Shown: piece after piece, positions 42,701 through 57,200 of the stretch | How positions within the stretch are numbered: position 1 is the first letter of the stretch | Layout: each line of letters begins with the position of its first letter | NCBI GenBank assembly: GCA_964057225.1 | Contig: OZ059899.1 | Location: forward strand, 62,001-126,000 | Reading direction: 5' to 3' | Length of the DNA: 64,000 bases | Origin: Auanema rhodensis | Taxonomy: Eukaryota; Animalia; Nematoda | Position numbers and translations under genes: made by a program | Notes under the pieces: model-generated | What the model was told of the DNA's origin: nothing | Database searches by the model: none | The model's input: the letters and a program-made list of their open reading frames with translations, nothing else

Positions 42701-45700
42701 CATCTCTTCATCTTTCACGTGAAGCGAGTTACATACCAAGTGCACATCACGTGTACATTTAATTAGCATAAATTAAAGTTCACGTAAATTTCAAAGTCAT
42801 GGTTACCATGCACCAATATCAATAAAAATTTGTTTTTAGACTAATATGGACATGGGGAATCTAATTTTGAAAACCGCATCTCTTTATCTTTCACGTGAAG
42901 CGAGTTACATACCAAGTGCACATCACGTGTACATTTAATTAGCATAAATTAAAGTTCACGTAAATTTCAAAGTCATGGTTACCATGAACCAATATCAATA
43001 AAAATTTGTTTTTAGACTAATATGGACATGGGGAATCTAATTTTGAAAACCGCATCTCTTTATCTTTCACGTGAAGCAAGTTACATACCAAGTGCACATC
43101 ACGTGTACATTTAATTAGCATAAACTAAAGTTCACGTAAATTTCAAAGTCATAGTTACCATGCACCAATATCAATAAAAATTTGTTTTTAGACTAATATG
43201 GACATGGGGAATCTAATTTTGAAAACCGCATCTCTTTATCTTTCACGTGAAGCGAGTTACATACCAAGTGCACATCACGTGTACATTTAATTAGCATAAA
43301 TTAAAGTTCACGTAAATTTCAAAGTCATGGTTACCATGCACCAATATCAATAAAAATTTGTTTTTAGACTAATATGGACATGGGGAATCTAATTTTGAAA
43401 ACCGCATCTCTTTATCTTTCACGTGAAGCGAGTTACATACCAAGTGCACATCACGTGTACATTTAATTAGCATAAATTAAAGTTCACGTAAATTTCAAAG
43501 TCATGGTTACCACGCACCAATATCAATAAAAATTTGTTTTTAGACTAATATGGACATGGGGAATCTAATTTTGAAAACCGCATCTCTTTATCTTTCACGT
43601 GAAGCGAGTTACATACCAAGTGCACATCACGTGTACATTTAATTAGCATAAATTAAAGTTCACGTAAATTTCAAAGTCATAGTTACCATGCACCAATATC
43701 AATAAAAATTTGTTTTTAGACTAATATGGACATGGGGAATCTAATTTTGAAAACCGCATCTCTTTATCTTTCACGTGAAGCGAGTTACATACCAAGTGCA
43801 CATCACGTGTACATTTAATTAGCATAAATTAAAGTTCACGTAAATTTCAAAGTCATGGTTACCATGCACCAATATCAATAAAAATTTGTTTTTAGACTAA
43901 TATGGACATGGGGAATCTAATTTTGAAAACCGCATCTCTTTATCTTTCACGTGAAGCGAGTTACATACCAAGTGCACATCACGTGTACATTTAATTAGCA
44001 TAAATTAAAGTTCACGTAAATTTCAAAGTCATGGTTACCATGAACCAATATCAATAAAAATTTGTTTTTAGACTAATATGGACAAGGGGAATCTAATTTT
44101 GAAAACCGCATCTCTTTATCTTTCACGTGAAGCGAGTTACATACCAAGTGCACATCACGTGTACATTTAATTAGCATAAATTAAAGTTCACGTAAATTTC
44201 AAAGTCATGGTTACCATGCACCAATATCAATAAAAATTTGTTTTTAGACTAATATGGACATGGGGAATCTAATTTTGAAAACCGCATCTCTTTATCTTTC
44301 ACGTGAAGCGAGTTACATACCAAGTGCACATCACGTGTACATTTAATTAGCATAAATTAAAGTTCACGTAAATTTCAAAGTCATGGTTACCATGAACCAA
44401 TATCAATAAAAATTTGTTTTTAGACTAATATGGACATGGGGAATCTAATTTTGAAAACCGCATCTCTTTATCTTTCACGTGAAGCGAGTTACATACCAAG
44501 TGCACATCACGTGTACATTTAATTAGCATAAATTAAAGTTCACGTAAATTTCAAAGTCATGGTTACCACGCACCAATATCAATAAAAATTTGTTTTTAGA
44601 CTAATATGGACATGGGGAATCTAATTTTGAAAACCGCATCTCTTTATCTTTCACGTGAAGCGAGTTACATACCAAGTGCACATCACGTGTACATTTAATT
44701 AGCATAAATTAAAGTTCACGTAAATTTCAAAGTCATGGTTACCATGAACCAATATCAATAAAAATTTGTTTTTAGACTAATATGGACAAGGGGAATCTAA
44801 TTTTGAAAACCGCATCTCTTTATCTTTCACGTGAAGCGAGTTACATACCAAGTGCACATCACGTGTACATTTAATTAGCATAAATTAAAGTTCACGTAAA
44901 TTTCAAAGTCATGGTTACCATGCACCAATATCAATAAAAATTTGTTTTTAGACTAATATGGACATGGGTAATCTAATTTTGAAAACCGCATCTCTTTATC
45001 TTTCACGTGAAGCGAGTTACATACCAAGTGCACATCACGTGTACATTTAATTAGCATAAATTAAAGTTCACGTAAATTTCAAAGTCATGGTTACCATGCA
45101 CCAATATCAATAAAAATTTGTTTTTAGACTAATATGGACATGGGGAATCTAATTTTGAAAACCGCATCTCTTCATCTTTCACGTGAAGCGAGTTACATAC
45201 CAAGTGCACATCACGTGTACATTTAATTAGCATAAATTAAAGTTCACGTAAATTTCAAAGTCATGGTTACCATGCACCAATATCAATAAAAATTTGTTTT
45301 TAGACTAAAATGGACATGGGGAATCTAATTTTGAAAACCGCATCTCTTTATCTTTCACGTGAAGCGAGTTACATACCAAGTGCACATCACGTGTACATTT
45401 AATTAGCATAAATTAAAGTTCACGTAAATTTCAAAGTCATGGTTACCATGAACCAATATCAATAAAAATTTGTTTTTAGACTAATATGGACATGGGGAAT
45501 CTAATTTTGAAAACCGCATCTCTTTATCTTTCACGTGAAGCGAGTTACATACCAAGTGCACATCACGTGTACATTTAATTAGCATAAATTAAAGTTCACG
45601 TAAATTTCAAAGTCATGGTTACCACGCACCAATATCAATAAAAATTTGTTTTTAGACTAATATGGACATGGGGAATCTAATTTTGAAAACCGCATCTCTT

Positions 45701-48700
45701 TATCTTTCACGTGAAGCGAGTTACATACCAAGTGCACATCACGTGTACATTTAATTAGCATAAATTAAAGTTCACGTAAATTTCAAAGTCATGGTTACCA
45801 TGAACCAATATCAATAAAAATTTGTTTTTAGACTAATATGGACAAGGGGAATCTAATTTTGAAAACCGCATCTCTTTATCTTTCACGTGAAGCGAGTTAC
45901 ATACCAAGTGCACATCACGTGTACATTTAATTAGCATAAATTAAAGTTCACGTAAATTTCAAAGTCATGGTTACCATGAACCAATATCAATAAAAATTTG
46001 TTTTTAGACTAATATGGACATGGGGAATCTAATTTTGAAAACCGCATCTCTTCATCTTTCACGTGAAGCGAGTTACATACCAAGTGCACATCACGTGTAC
46101 ATTTAATTAGCATAAATTAAAGTTCACGTAAATTTCAAAGTCATGGTTACCATGAACCAATATCAATAAAAATTTGTTTTTAGACTAATATGGACATGGG
46201 GAATCTAATTTTGAAAACCGCATCTCTTCATCTTTCACGTGAAGCGAGTTACATACCAAGTGCACATCACGTGTACATTTAATTAGCATAAATTAAAGTT
46301 CACGTAAATTTCAAAGTCATGGTTACCATGCACCAATATCAATAAAAATTTGTTTTTAGACTAATATGGACATGGGGAATCTAATTTTGGAAACCGCATC
46401 TCTTTATCTTTCATTTGAAGCGAGTTACATACCAAGTGCACATCACGTGTACATTTAATTAGCATAAATTAAAGTTCACGTAAATTTCAAAGTCATGGTT
46501 ACCATGAACCAATATCAATAAAAATTTGTTTTTAGACTAATATGGACATGGGGAATCTAATTTTGAAAACCGCATCTCTTCATCTTTCACGTGAAGCGAG
46601 TTACATACCAAGTGCACATCACGTGTACATTTAATTAGCATAAATTAAAGTTCACGTAAATTTCAAAGTCATGGTTACCATGCACCAATATCAATAAAAA
46701 TTTGTTTTTAGACTAAAATGGACATGGGGAATCTAATTTTGAAAACCGCATCTCTTTATCTTTCACGTGAAGCGAGTTACATACCAAGTGCACATCACGT
46801 GTACATTTAATTAGCATAAATTAAAGTTCACGTAAATTTCAAAGTCATGGTTACCATGAACCAATATCAATAAAAATTTGTTTTTAGACTAATATGGACA
46901 TGGGGAATCTAATTTTGAAAACCGCATCTCTTTATCTTTCACGTGAAGCGAGTTACATACCAAGTGCACATCACGTGTACATTTAATTAGCATAAATTAA
47001 AGTTCACGTAAATTTCAAAGTCATGGTTACCATGAACCAATATCAATAAAAATTTGTTTTTAGACTAATATGGACATGGGGAATCTAATTTTGAAAACCG
47101 CATCTCTTCATCTTTCACGTGAAGCGAGTTACATACCAAGTGCACATCACGTGTACATTTAATTAGCATAAATTAAAGTTCACGTAAATTTCAAAGTCAT
47201 GGTTACCATGAACCAATATCAATAAAAATTTGTTTTTAGACTAATATGGACATGGGGAATCTAATTTTGAAAACCGCATCTCTTCATCTTTCACGTGAAG
47301 CGAGTTACATACCAAGTGCACATCACGTGTACATTTAATTAGCATAAATTAAAGTTCACGTAAATTTCAAAGTCATGGTTACCATGCACCAATATCAATA
47401 AAAATTTGTTTTTAGACTAATATGGACATGGGGAATCTAATTTTGGAAACCGCATCTCTTTATCTTTCATTTGAAGCGAGTTACATACCAAGTGCACATC
47501 ACGTGTACATTTAATTAGCATAAATTAAAGTTCACGTAAATTTCAAAGTCATGGTTACCATGAACCAATATCAATAAAAATTTGTTTTTAGACTAATATG
47601 GACATGGGGAATCTAATTTTGAAAACCGCATCTCTTCATCTTTCACGTGAAGCGAGTTACATACCAAGTGCACATCACGTGTACATTTAATTAGCATAAA
47701 TTAAAGTTCACGTAAATTTCAAAGTCATGGTTACCATGCACCAATATCAATAAAAATTTGTTTTTAGACTAATATGGACATGGGGAATCTAATTTTGAAA
47801 ACCGCATCTCTTCATCTTTCACGTGAAGCGAGTTACATACCAAGTGCACATCACGTGTACATTTAATTAGCATAAATTAAAGTTCACGTAAATTTCAAAG
47901 TCATGGTTACCATGCACCAATATCAATAAAAATTTGTTTTTAGACTAATATGGACATGGGGAATCTAATTTTGGAAACCGCATCTCTTTATCTTTCATTT
48001 GAAGCGAGTTACATACCAAGTGCACATCACGTGTACATTTAATTAGCATAAATTAAAGTTCACGTAAATTTCAAAGTCATGGTTACCATGAACCAATATC
48101 AATAAAAATTTGTTTTTAGACTAATATGGACATGGGGAATCTAATTTTGAAAACCGCATCTCTTCATCTTTCACGTGAAGCGAGTTACATACCAAGTGCA
48201 CATCACGTGTACATTTAATTAGCATAAATTAAAGTTCACGTAAATTTCAAAGTCATGGTTACCATGCACCAATATCAATAAAAATTTGTTTTTAGACTAA
48301 TATGGACATGGGGAATCTAATTTTGAAAACCGCATCTCTTTATCTTTCACGTGAAGCGAGTTACATACCAAGTGCACATCACGTGTACATTTAATTAGCA
48401 TAAATTAAAGTTCACGTAAATTTCAAAGTCATGGTTACCATGCACCAATATCAATAAAAATTTGTTTTTAGACTAATATGGACATGAGGAATCTAATTTT
48501 GAAAACCGCATCTCTTTATCTTTCACGTGAAGCGAGTTACATACCGAGTGCACATCACGTGTACATTTAATTAGCATAAATTAAAGTTCACGTAAATTTC
48601 AAAGTCATGGTTACCATGCACCAATATCAATAAAAATTTGTTTTTAGACTAATATGGACATGGGGAATCTAATTTTGAAAACCGCATCTCTTCATCTTTC

Positions 48701-51700
48701 ACGTGAAGCGAGTTACATACCAAGTGCACATCACGTGTAAATTTAATTAGCATAAATTAAAGTTCACGAAAATTTCAAAGTCATGGTTACCATGAACCAA
48801 TATCAATAAAAATTTGTTTTTAGACTAATATGGACATGGGTAATCTAATTTTGAAAACCGCATCTCTTTATCTTTCACGTGAAGCGAGTTACATACCAAG
48901 TGCACATCACGTGTACATTTAATTAGCATAAATTAAAGTTCACGTAAATTTCAAAGTCATGGTTACCATGCACCAATATCAATAAAAATTTGTTTTTAGA
49001 CTAATATGGACATGGGGAATCTAATTTTGAAAACCGCATCTCTTCATCTTTCACGTGAAGCGAGTTACATACCAAGTGCACATCACGTGTACATTTAATT
49101 AGCATAAATTAAAGTTCACGTAAATTTCAAAGTCATGGTTACCATGCACCAATATCAATAAAAATTTGTTTTTAGACTAATATGGACATGGGGAATCTAA
49201 TTTTGAAAACCGCATCTCTTTATCTTTCACGTGAAGCGAGTTACATACCAAGTGCACATCACGTGTACATTTAATTAGCATAAATTAAAGTTCACGTAAA
49301 TTTCAAAGTCATGGTTACCATGAACCAATATCAATAAAAATTTGTTTTTAGACTAATATGGACATGGGGAATCTAATTTTGAAAACCGCATCTCTTTATC
49401 TTTCACGTGAAGCGAGTTACATACCAAGTGCACATCACGTGTACATTTAATTAGCATAAATTAAAGTTCACGTAAATTTCAAAGTCATGGTTACCACGCA
49501 CCAATATCAATAAAAATTTGTTTTTAGACTAATATGGACATGGGGAATCTAATTTTGAAAACCGCATCTCTTTATCTTTCACGTGAAGCGAGTTACATAC
49601 CAAGTGCACATCACGTGTACATTTAATTAGCATAAATTAAAGTTCACGTAAATTTCAAAGTCATGGTTACCATGAACCAATATCAATAAAAATTTGTTTT
49701 TAGACTAATATGGACAAGGGGAATCTAATTTTGAAAACCGCATCTCTTTATCTTTCACGTGAAGCGAGTTACATACCAAGTGCACATCACGTGTACATTT
49801 AATTAGCATAAATTAAAGTTCACGTAAATTTCAAAGTCATGGTTACCATGCACCAATATCAATAAAAATTTGTTTTTAGACTAATATAGACATGGGGAAT
49901 CTAATTTTGAAAACCGCATCTCTTTATCTTTCAAGTGAAGCGAGTTACATACCAAGTGCACATCACGTGTACATTTAATTAGCATAAATTAAAGTTCACG
50001 TAAATTTCAAAGTCATGGTTACCATGAACCAATATCAATAAAAATTTGTTTTTAGACTAATATGGACATGGGGAATCTAATTTTGAAAACCGCATCTCTT
50101 CATCTTTCACGTGAAGCGAGTTACATACCAAGTGCACATCACGTGTACATTTAATTAGCATAAATTAAAGTTCACGTAAATTTCAAAGTCATGGTTACCA
50201 TGCACCAATATCAATAAAAATTTGTTTTTAGACTAATATGGACATGGGGAATCTAATTTTGAAAACCGCATCTCTTTATCTTTCACGTGAAGCGAGTTAC
50301 ATACCAAGTGCACATCACGTGTACATTTAATTAGCATAAATTAAAGTTCACGTAAATTTCAAAGTCATGGTTACCATGCACCAATATCAATAAAAATTTG
50401 TTTTTAGACTAATATGGACATGAGGAATCTAATTTTGAAAACCGCATCTCTTTATCTTTCACGTGAAGCGAGTTACATACCGAGTGCACATCACGTGTAC
50501 ATTTAATTAGCATAAATTAAAGTTCACGTAAATTTCAAAGTCATGGTTACCATGCACCAATATCAATAAAAATTTGTTTTTAGACTAATATGGACATGGG
50601 GAATCTAATTTTGAAAACCGCATCTCTTTATCTTTCACGTGAAGCGAGTTACATACCAAGTGCACATCACGTGTACATTTAATTAGCATAAATTAAAGTT
50701 CACGTAAATTTCAAAGTCATGGTTACCATGAACCAATATCAATAAAAATTTGTTTTTAGACTAATATGGACATGGGGAATCTAATTTTGAAAACCGCATC
50801 TCTTTATCTTTCACGTGAAGCGAGTTACATACCAAGTGCACATCACGTGCACATTTAATTAGCATAAATTAAAGTTCACGTAAATTTCAAAGTCATGGTT
50901 ACCATGAACCAATATCAATAAAAATTTGTTTTTAGACTAATATGGACATGGGGAATCTAATTTTGAAAACCGCATCTCTTTATCTTTCACGTGAAGCGAG
51001 TTACATACCAAGTGCACATCACGTGTACATTTAATTAGCATAAATTAAAGTTCACGTAAATTTCAAAGTCATGGTTACCATGCACCAATATCAATAAAAA
51101 TTTGTTTTTAGACTAATATGGACATGGGGAATCTAATTTTGAAAACCGCATCTCTTTATCTTTCACGTGAAGCGAGTTACATACCAAGTGAACATCACGT
51201 GTACATTTAATTAGCATAAATTAAAGTTCACGTAAATTTCAAAGTCATGGTTACCATGCACCAATATCAATAAAAATTTGTTTTTAGACTAATATGGACA
51301 TGGGGAATCTAATTTTGAAAACCGCATCTCTTTATCTTTCACGTGAAGCGAGTTACATACCAAGTGCACATCACGTGTACATTTAATTAGCATAAATTAA
51401 AGTTCACGTAAATTTCAAAGTCATGGTTACCATGCACCAATATCAATAAAAATTTGTTTTTAGACTAATATGGACATGGGGAATCTAATTTTGAAAACCG
51501 CATCTCTTTATCTTTCACGTGAAGCGAGTTACATACCAAGTGCACATCAAGTGTACATTTAATTAGCATAAATTAAAGTTCACGTAAATTTCAAAGTCAT
51601 GGTTACCATGCACCAATATCAATAAAAATTTGTTTTTAGACTAATATGGACTTGGGGAATCTAATTTTGAAAACCGCATCTCTTTATCTTTCACGTGAAG

Positions 51701-52095
51701 CGAGTTACATACCAAGTGCACATCACGTGTACATTTAATTAGCATAAATTAAAGTTCACGTAAATTTCAAAGTCATGGTTACCATGCACCAATATCAATA
51801 AAAATTTGTTTTTAGACTAATATGGACATGGGGAATCTAATTTTGAAAACCGCATTTCTTTATCTTTCACGTGAAGCGAGTTACATACCAAGTGCACATC
51901 ACGTGTACATTTAATTAGCATAAATTAAAGTTCACGTAAATTTCAAAGTCATGGTTACCATGCACCAATATCAATAAAAATTTGTTTTTAGACTAATATG
52001 GACTTGGGGAATCTAATTTTGAAAACCGCATCTCTTTATCTTTCACGTGAAGCGAGTTACATACCAAGTGCACATCACGTGTACATTTAATTAGC

Positions 52096-52366
52096 ATAAA
52101 TTAAAGTTCACGTAAATTTCAAAGTCATGGTTACCATGCACCAATATCAATAAAAATTTGTTTTTAGACTAATATGGACATGGGGAATCTAATTTTCTTT
52201 TTTCACGTAAATTTCAAAGTCATGGTTACCATGCACCAATATCAATAAAAATTTGTTTTTAGACTAATATGGACATGGGGAATCTAATTTTGAAAACCGC
52301 ATCTCTTTATCTTTCACGTGAAGCGAGTTACATACCAAGTGCACATCACGTGTACATTTAATTAGC
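52096..52366 (+). repeat. Fused dimer with a net 81-bp deletion (junction AATTTT-CTTTT-TTCACGTAAA), copy 1
   Basis: Monomer p1-101 (52096-52196) is followed by CTTTT (52197-52201) and then by p12 of the next monomer (52202). The fused unit is 271 bp instead of 352. Confidence 0.95.
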
Positions 52367-53950
52367 ATAAATTAAAGTTCACGTAAATTTCAAAGTCATG
52401 GTTACCATGAAGCAATATCAATAAAAATTTGTTTTTAGACTAATATGGACATGGGGAATCTAATTTTGAAAACCGCATCTCTTTTTCTTTCACGTGAAGC
52501 GAGTTACATACCAAGTGCACATCACGTGCACATTTAATTAGCATAAATTAAAGTTCACGTAAATTTCAAAGTCATGGTTACCATGAACCAATATCAATAA
52601 AAATTTGTTTTTAGACTAATATGGACATGGGGAATCTAATTTTGAAAACCGCATCTCTTTATCTTTCACGTGAAGCGAGTTACATACCAAGTGCACATCA
52701 CGTGTACATTTAATTAGCATAAATTAAAGTTCACGTAAATTTCAAAGTCATGGTTACCATGCACCAATATCAATAAAAATTTGTTTTTAGACTAATATGG
52801 ACATGGGGAATCTAATTTTGAAAACCGCATCTCTTTATCTTTCACGTGAAGCGAGTTACATACCAAGTGAACATCACGTGTACATTTAATTAGCATAAAT
52901 TAAAGTTCACGTAAATTTCAAAGTCATGGTTACCATGCACCAATATCAATAAAAATTTGTTTTTAGACTAATATGGACATGGGGAATCTAATTTTGAAAA
53001 CCGCATCTCTTTATCTTTCACGTGAAGCGAGTTACATACCAAGTGAACATCACGTGTACATTTAATTAGCATAAATTAAAGTTCACGTAAATTTCAAAGT
53101 CATGGTTACCATGCACCAATATCAATAAAAATTTGTTTTTAGACTAATATGGACATGGGGAATCTAATTTTGAAAACCGCATCTCTTTATCTTTCACGTG
53201 AAGCGAGTTACATACCAAGTGCACATCACGTGTACATTTAATTAGCATAAATTAAAGTTCACGTAAATTTCAAAGTCATGGTTACCATGCACCAATATCA
53301 ATAAAAATTTGTTTTTAGACTAATATGGACATGGGGAATCTAATTTTGAAAACCGCATCTCTTTATCTTTCACGTGAAGCGAGTTACATACCAAGTGCAC
53401 ATCAAGTGTACATTTAATTAGCATAAATTAAAGTTCACGTAAATTTCAAAGTCATGGTTACCATGCACCAATATCAATAAAAATTTGTTTTTAGACTAAT
53501 ATGGACTTGGGGAATCTAATTTTGAAAACCGCATCTCTTTATCTTTCACGTGAAGCGAGTTACATACCAAGTGCACATCACGTGTACATTTAATTAGCAT
53601 AAATTAAAGTTCACGTAAATTTCAAAGTCATGGTTACCATGCACCAATATCAATAAAAATTTGTTTTTAGACTAATATGGACATGGGGAATCTAATTTTG
53701 AAAACCGCATTTCTTTATCTTTCACGTGAAGCGAGTTACATACCAAGTGCACATCACGTGTACATTTAATTAGCATAAATTAAAGTTCACGTAAATTTCA
53801 AAGTCATGGTTACCATGCACCAATATCAATAAAAATTTGTTTTTAGACTAATATGGACTTGGGGAATCTAATTTTGAAAACCGCATCTCTTTATCTTTCA
53901 CGTGAAGCGAGTTACATACCAAGTGCACATCACGTGTACATTTAATTAGC

Positions 53951-54221
53951 ATAAATTAAAGTTCACGTAAATTTCAAAGTCATGGTTACCATGCACCAAT
54001 ATCAATAAAAATTTGTTTTTAGACTAATATGGACATGGGGAATCTAATTTTCTTTTTTCACGTAAATTTCAAAGTCATGGTTACCATGCACCAATATCAA
54101 TAAAAATTTGTTTTTAGACTAATATGGACATGGGGAATCTAATTTTGAAAACCGCATCTCTTTATCTTTCACGTGAAGCGAGTTACATACCAAGTGCACA
54201 TCACGTGTACATTTAATTAGC
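53951..54221 (+). repeat. Fused dimer with a net 81-bp deletion, copy 2 (identical junction)
   Basis: p101 is at 54051, the CTTTT filler is at 54052-54056, and p12 resumes at 54057. Confidence 0.95.
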
Positions 54222-57200
54222 ATAAATTAAAGTTCACGTAAATTTCAAAGTCATGGTTACCATGAAGCAATATCAATAAAAATTTGTTTTTAGACTAATA
54301 TGGACATGGGGAATCTAATTTTGAAAACCGCATCTCTTTTTCTTTCACGTGAAGCGAGTTACATACCAAGTGCACATCACGTGTACATTTAATTAGCATA
54401 AATTAAAGTTCACGTAAATTTCAAAGTCATGGTTACCATGAACCAATATCAATAAAAATTTGTTTTTAGACTAATATGGACATGGGGAATCTAATTTTGA
54501 AAACCGCATCTCTTTATCTTTCACGTGAAGCGAGTTACATACCAAGTGCACATCACGTGTACATTTAATTAGCATAAATTAAAGTTCACGTAAATTTCAA
54601 AGTCATGGTTACCATGCACCAATATCAATAAAAATTTGTTTTTAGACTAATATGGACATGGGGAATCTAATTTTGAAAACCGCATCTCTTTATCTTTCAC
54701 GTGAAGCGAGTTACATACCAAGTGCACATCACGTGTACATTTAATTAGCATAAATTAAAGTTCACGTAAATTTCAAAGTCATGGTTACCATGCACCAATA
54801 TCAATAAAAATTTGTTTTTAGACTAATATGGACATGGGGAATCTAATTTTGAAAACCGCATCTCTTTATCTTTCACGTGAAGCAAGTTACATACCAAGTG
54901 CACATCACGTGTACATTTAATTAGCATAAATTAAAGTTCACGTAAATTTCAAAGTCATAGTTACCATGCACCAATATCAATAAAAATTTGTTTTTAGACT
55001 AATATGGACATGGGGAATCTAATTTTGAAAACCGCATCTCTTTATCTTTCACGTGAAGCGAGTTACATACCAAGTGCACATCACGTGTACATTTAATTAG
55101 CATAAATTAAAGTTCACGTAAATTTCAAAGTCATGGTTACCATGCACCAATATCAATAAAAATTTGTTTTTAGACTAATATGGACATGGGGAATCTAATT
55201 TTGAAAACCGCATCTCTTTATCTTTCACGTGAAGCGAGTTACATACCAAGTGCACATCACGTGTACATTTAATTAGCATAAATTAAAGTTCACGTAAATT
55301 TCAAAGTCATGGTTACCATGCACCAATATCAATAAAAATTTGTTTTTAGACTAATATGGACATGGGGAATCTAATTTTGAAAACCGCATCTTTTTATCTT
55401 TCACGTGAAGCGAGTTACATACCAAGTGCACATCACGTGTACATTTAATTAGCATAAATTAAAGTTCACGTAAATTTCAAAGTCATGGTTACCATGCACC
55501 AATATCAATAAAAATTTGTTTTTAGACTAATATGGACATGGGGAATCTAATTTTGAAAACCGCATCTCTTCATCTTTCACGTGAAGCGAGTTACATACCA
55601 AGTGCACATCACGTGTACATTTAATTAGCATAAATTAAAGTTCACGTAAATTTCAAAGTCATGGTTACCATGCACCAATATCAATAAAAATTTGTTTTTA
55701 GACTAATATGGACATGGGGAATCTAATTTTGAAAACCGCATCTCTTTATCTTTCACGTGAAGCGAGTTACATACCAAGTGCTCATCACGTGTACATTTAA
55801 TTAGCATAAATTAAAGTTCACGTAAATTTCAAAGTCATGGTTACCATTCACCAATATCAATAAAAATTTGTTTTTAGACTAATATGGACATGGGGAATCT
55901 AATTTTGAAAACCGCATCTCTTTATCTTTCACGTGAAGCGAGTTACATACCAAGGGCACATCACGTGTACATTTAATTAGCATAAATTAAAGTTCAAGTA
56001 AATTTCAAAGTCATGGTTACCATGAACCAATATCAATAAAAATTTGTTTTTAGACTAATATGGACATGGGGAATCTAATTTTGAAAACCGCATCTCTTCA
56101 TCTTTCACGTGAAGCGAGTTACATACCAAGTGCACATCACGTGTACATTTAATTAGCATAAATTAAAGTTCACGTAAATTTCAAAGTCATGGTTACCATG
56201 AACCAATATCAATAAAAATTTGTTTTTAGACTAATATGGACATGGGGAATCTAATTTTGAAAACCGCATCTCTTCATCTTTCACGTGAAGCGAGTTACAT
56301 ACCAAGTGCACATCACGTGTACATTTAATTAGCATAAATTAAAGTTCACGTAAATTTCAAAGTCATGGTTACCATGCACCAATATCAATAAAAATTTGTT
56401 TTTAGACTAATATGGACATGGGGAATCTAATTTTGAAAACCGCATCTCTTTATCTTTCACGTGAAGCGAGTTACATACCAAGTGCTCATCACGTGTACAT
56501 TTAATTAGCATAAATTAAAGTTCACGTAAATTTCAAAGTCATGGTTACCATGCACCAATATCAATAAAAATTTGTTTTTAGACTAATATGGACATGGGGA
56601 ATCTAATTTTGAAAACCGCATCTCTTTATCTTTCACGTGAAGCGAGTTACATACCAAGGGCACATCACGTGTACATTTAATTAGCATAAATTAAAGTTCA
56701 CGTAAATTTCAAAGTCATGGTTACCATGAACCAATATCAATAAAAATTTGTTTTTAGACTAATATGGACATGGGGAATCTAATTTTGAAAACCGCATCTC
56801 TTCATCTTTCACGTGAAGCGAGTTACATACCAAGTGCACATCACGTGTACATTTAATTAGCATAAATTAAAGTTCACGTAAATTTCAAAGTCATGGTTAC
56901 CATGAACCAATATCAATAAAAATTTGTTTTTAGACTAATATGGACATGGGGAATCTAATTTTGAAAACCGCATCTCTTCATCTTTCACGTGAAGCGAGTT
57001 ACATACCAAGTGCACATCACGTGTACATTTAATTAGCATAAATTAAAGTTCACGTAAATTTCAAAGTCATGGTTACCATGAAGCAATATCAATAAAAATT
57101 TGTTTTTAGACTAATATGGACATGGGGAATCTAATTTTGAAAACCGCATCTCTTTATCTTTCACGTGAAGCGAGTTACATACCAAGGGCACATCACGTGT

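Larger units (their letters stand above)
50830..54363 (+). repeat. Tandem block duplication (about 1679 bp, plus one extra monomer in copy 2) carrying the 81-bp deletion
   Basis: The ordered markers T163C, C44A, C152A, C159A, A85T, C113T, A85T, deletion, C44A/C46G+A119T occur twice. The two deletions are 1855 bp (10x176+95) apart. The ends are approximate. Confidence 0.88.
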
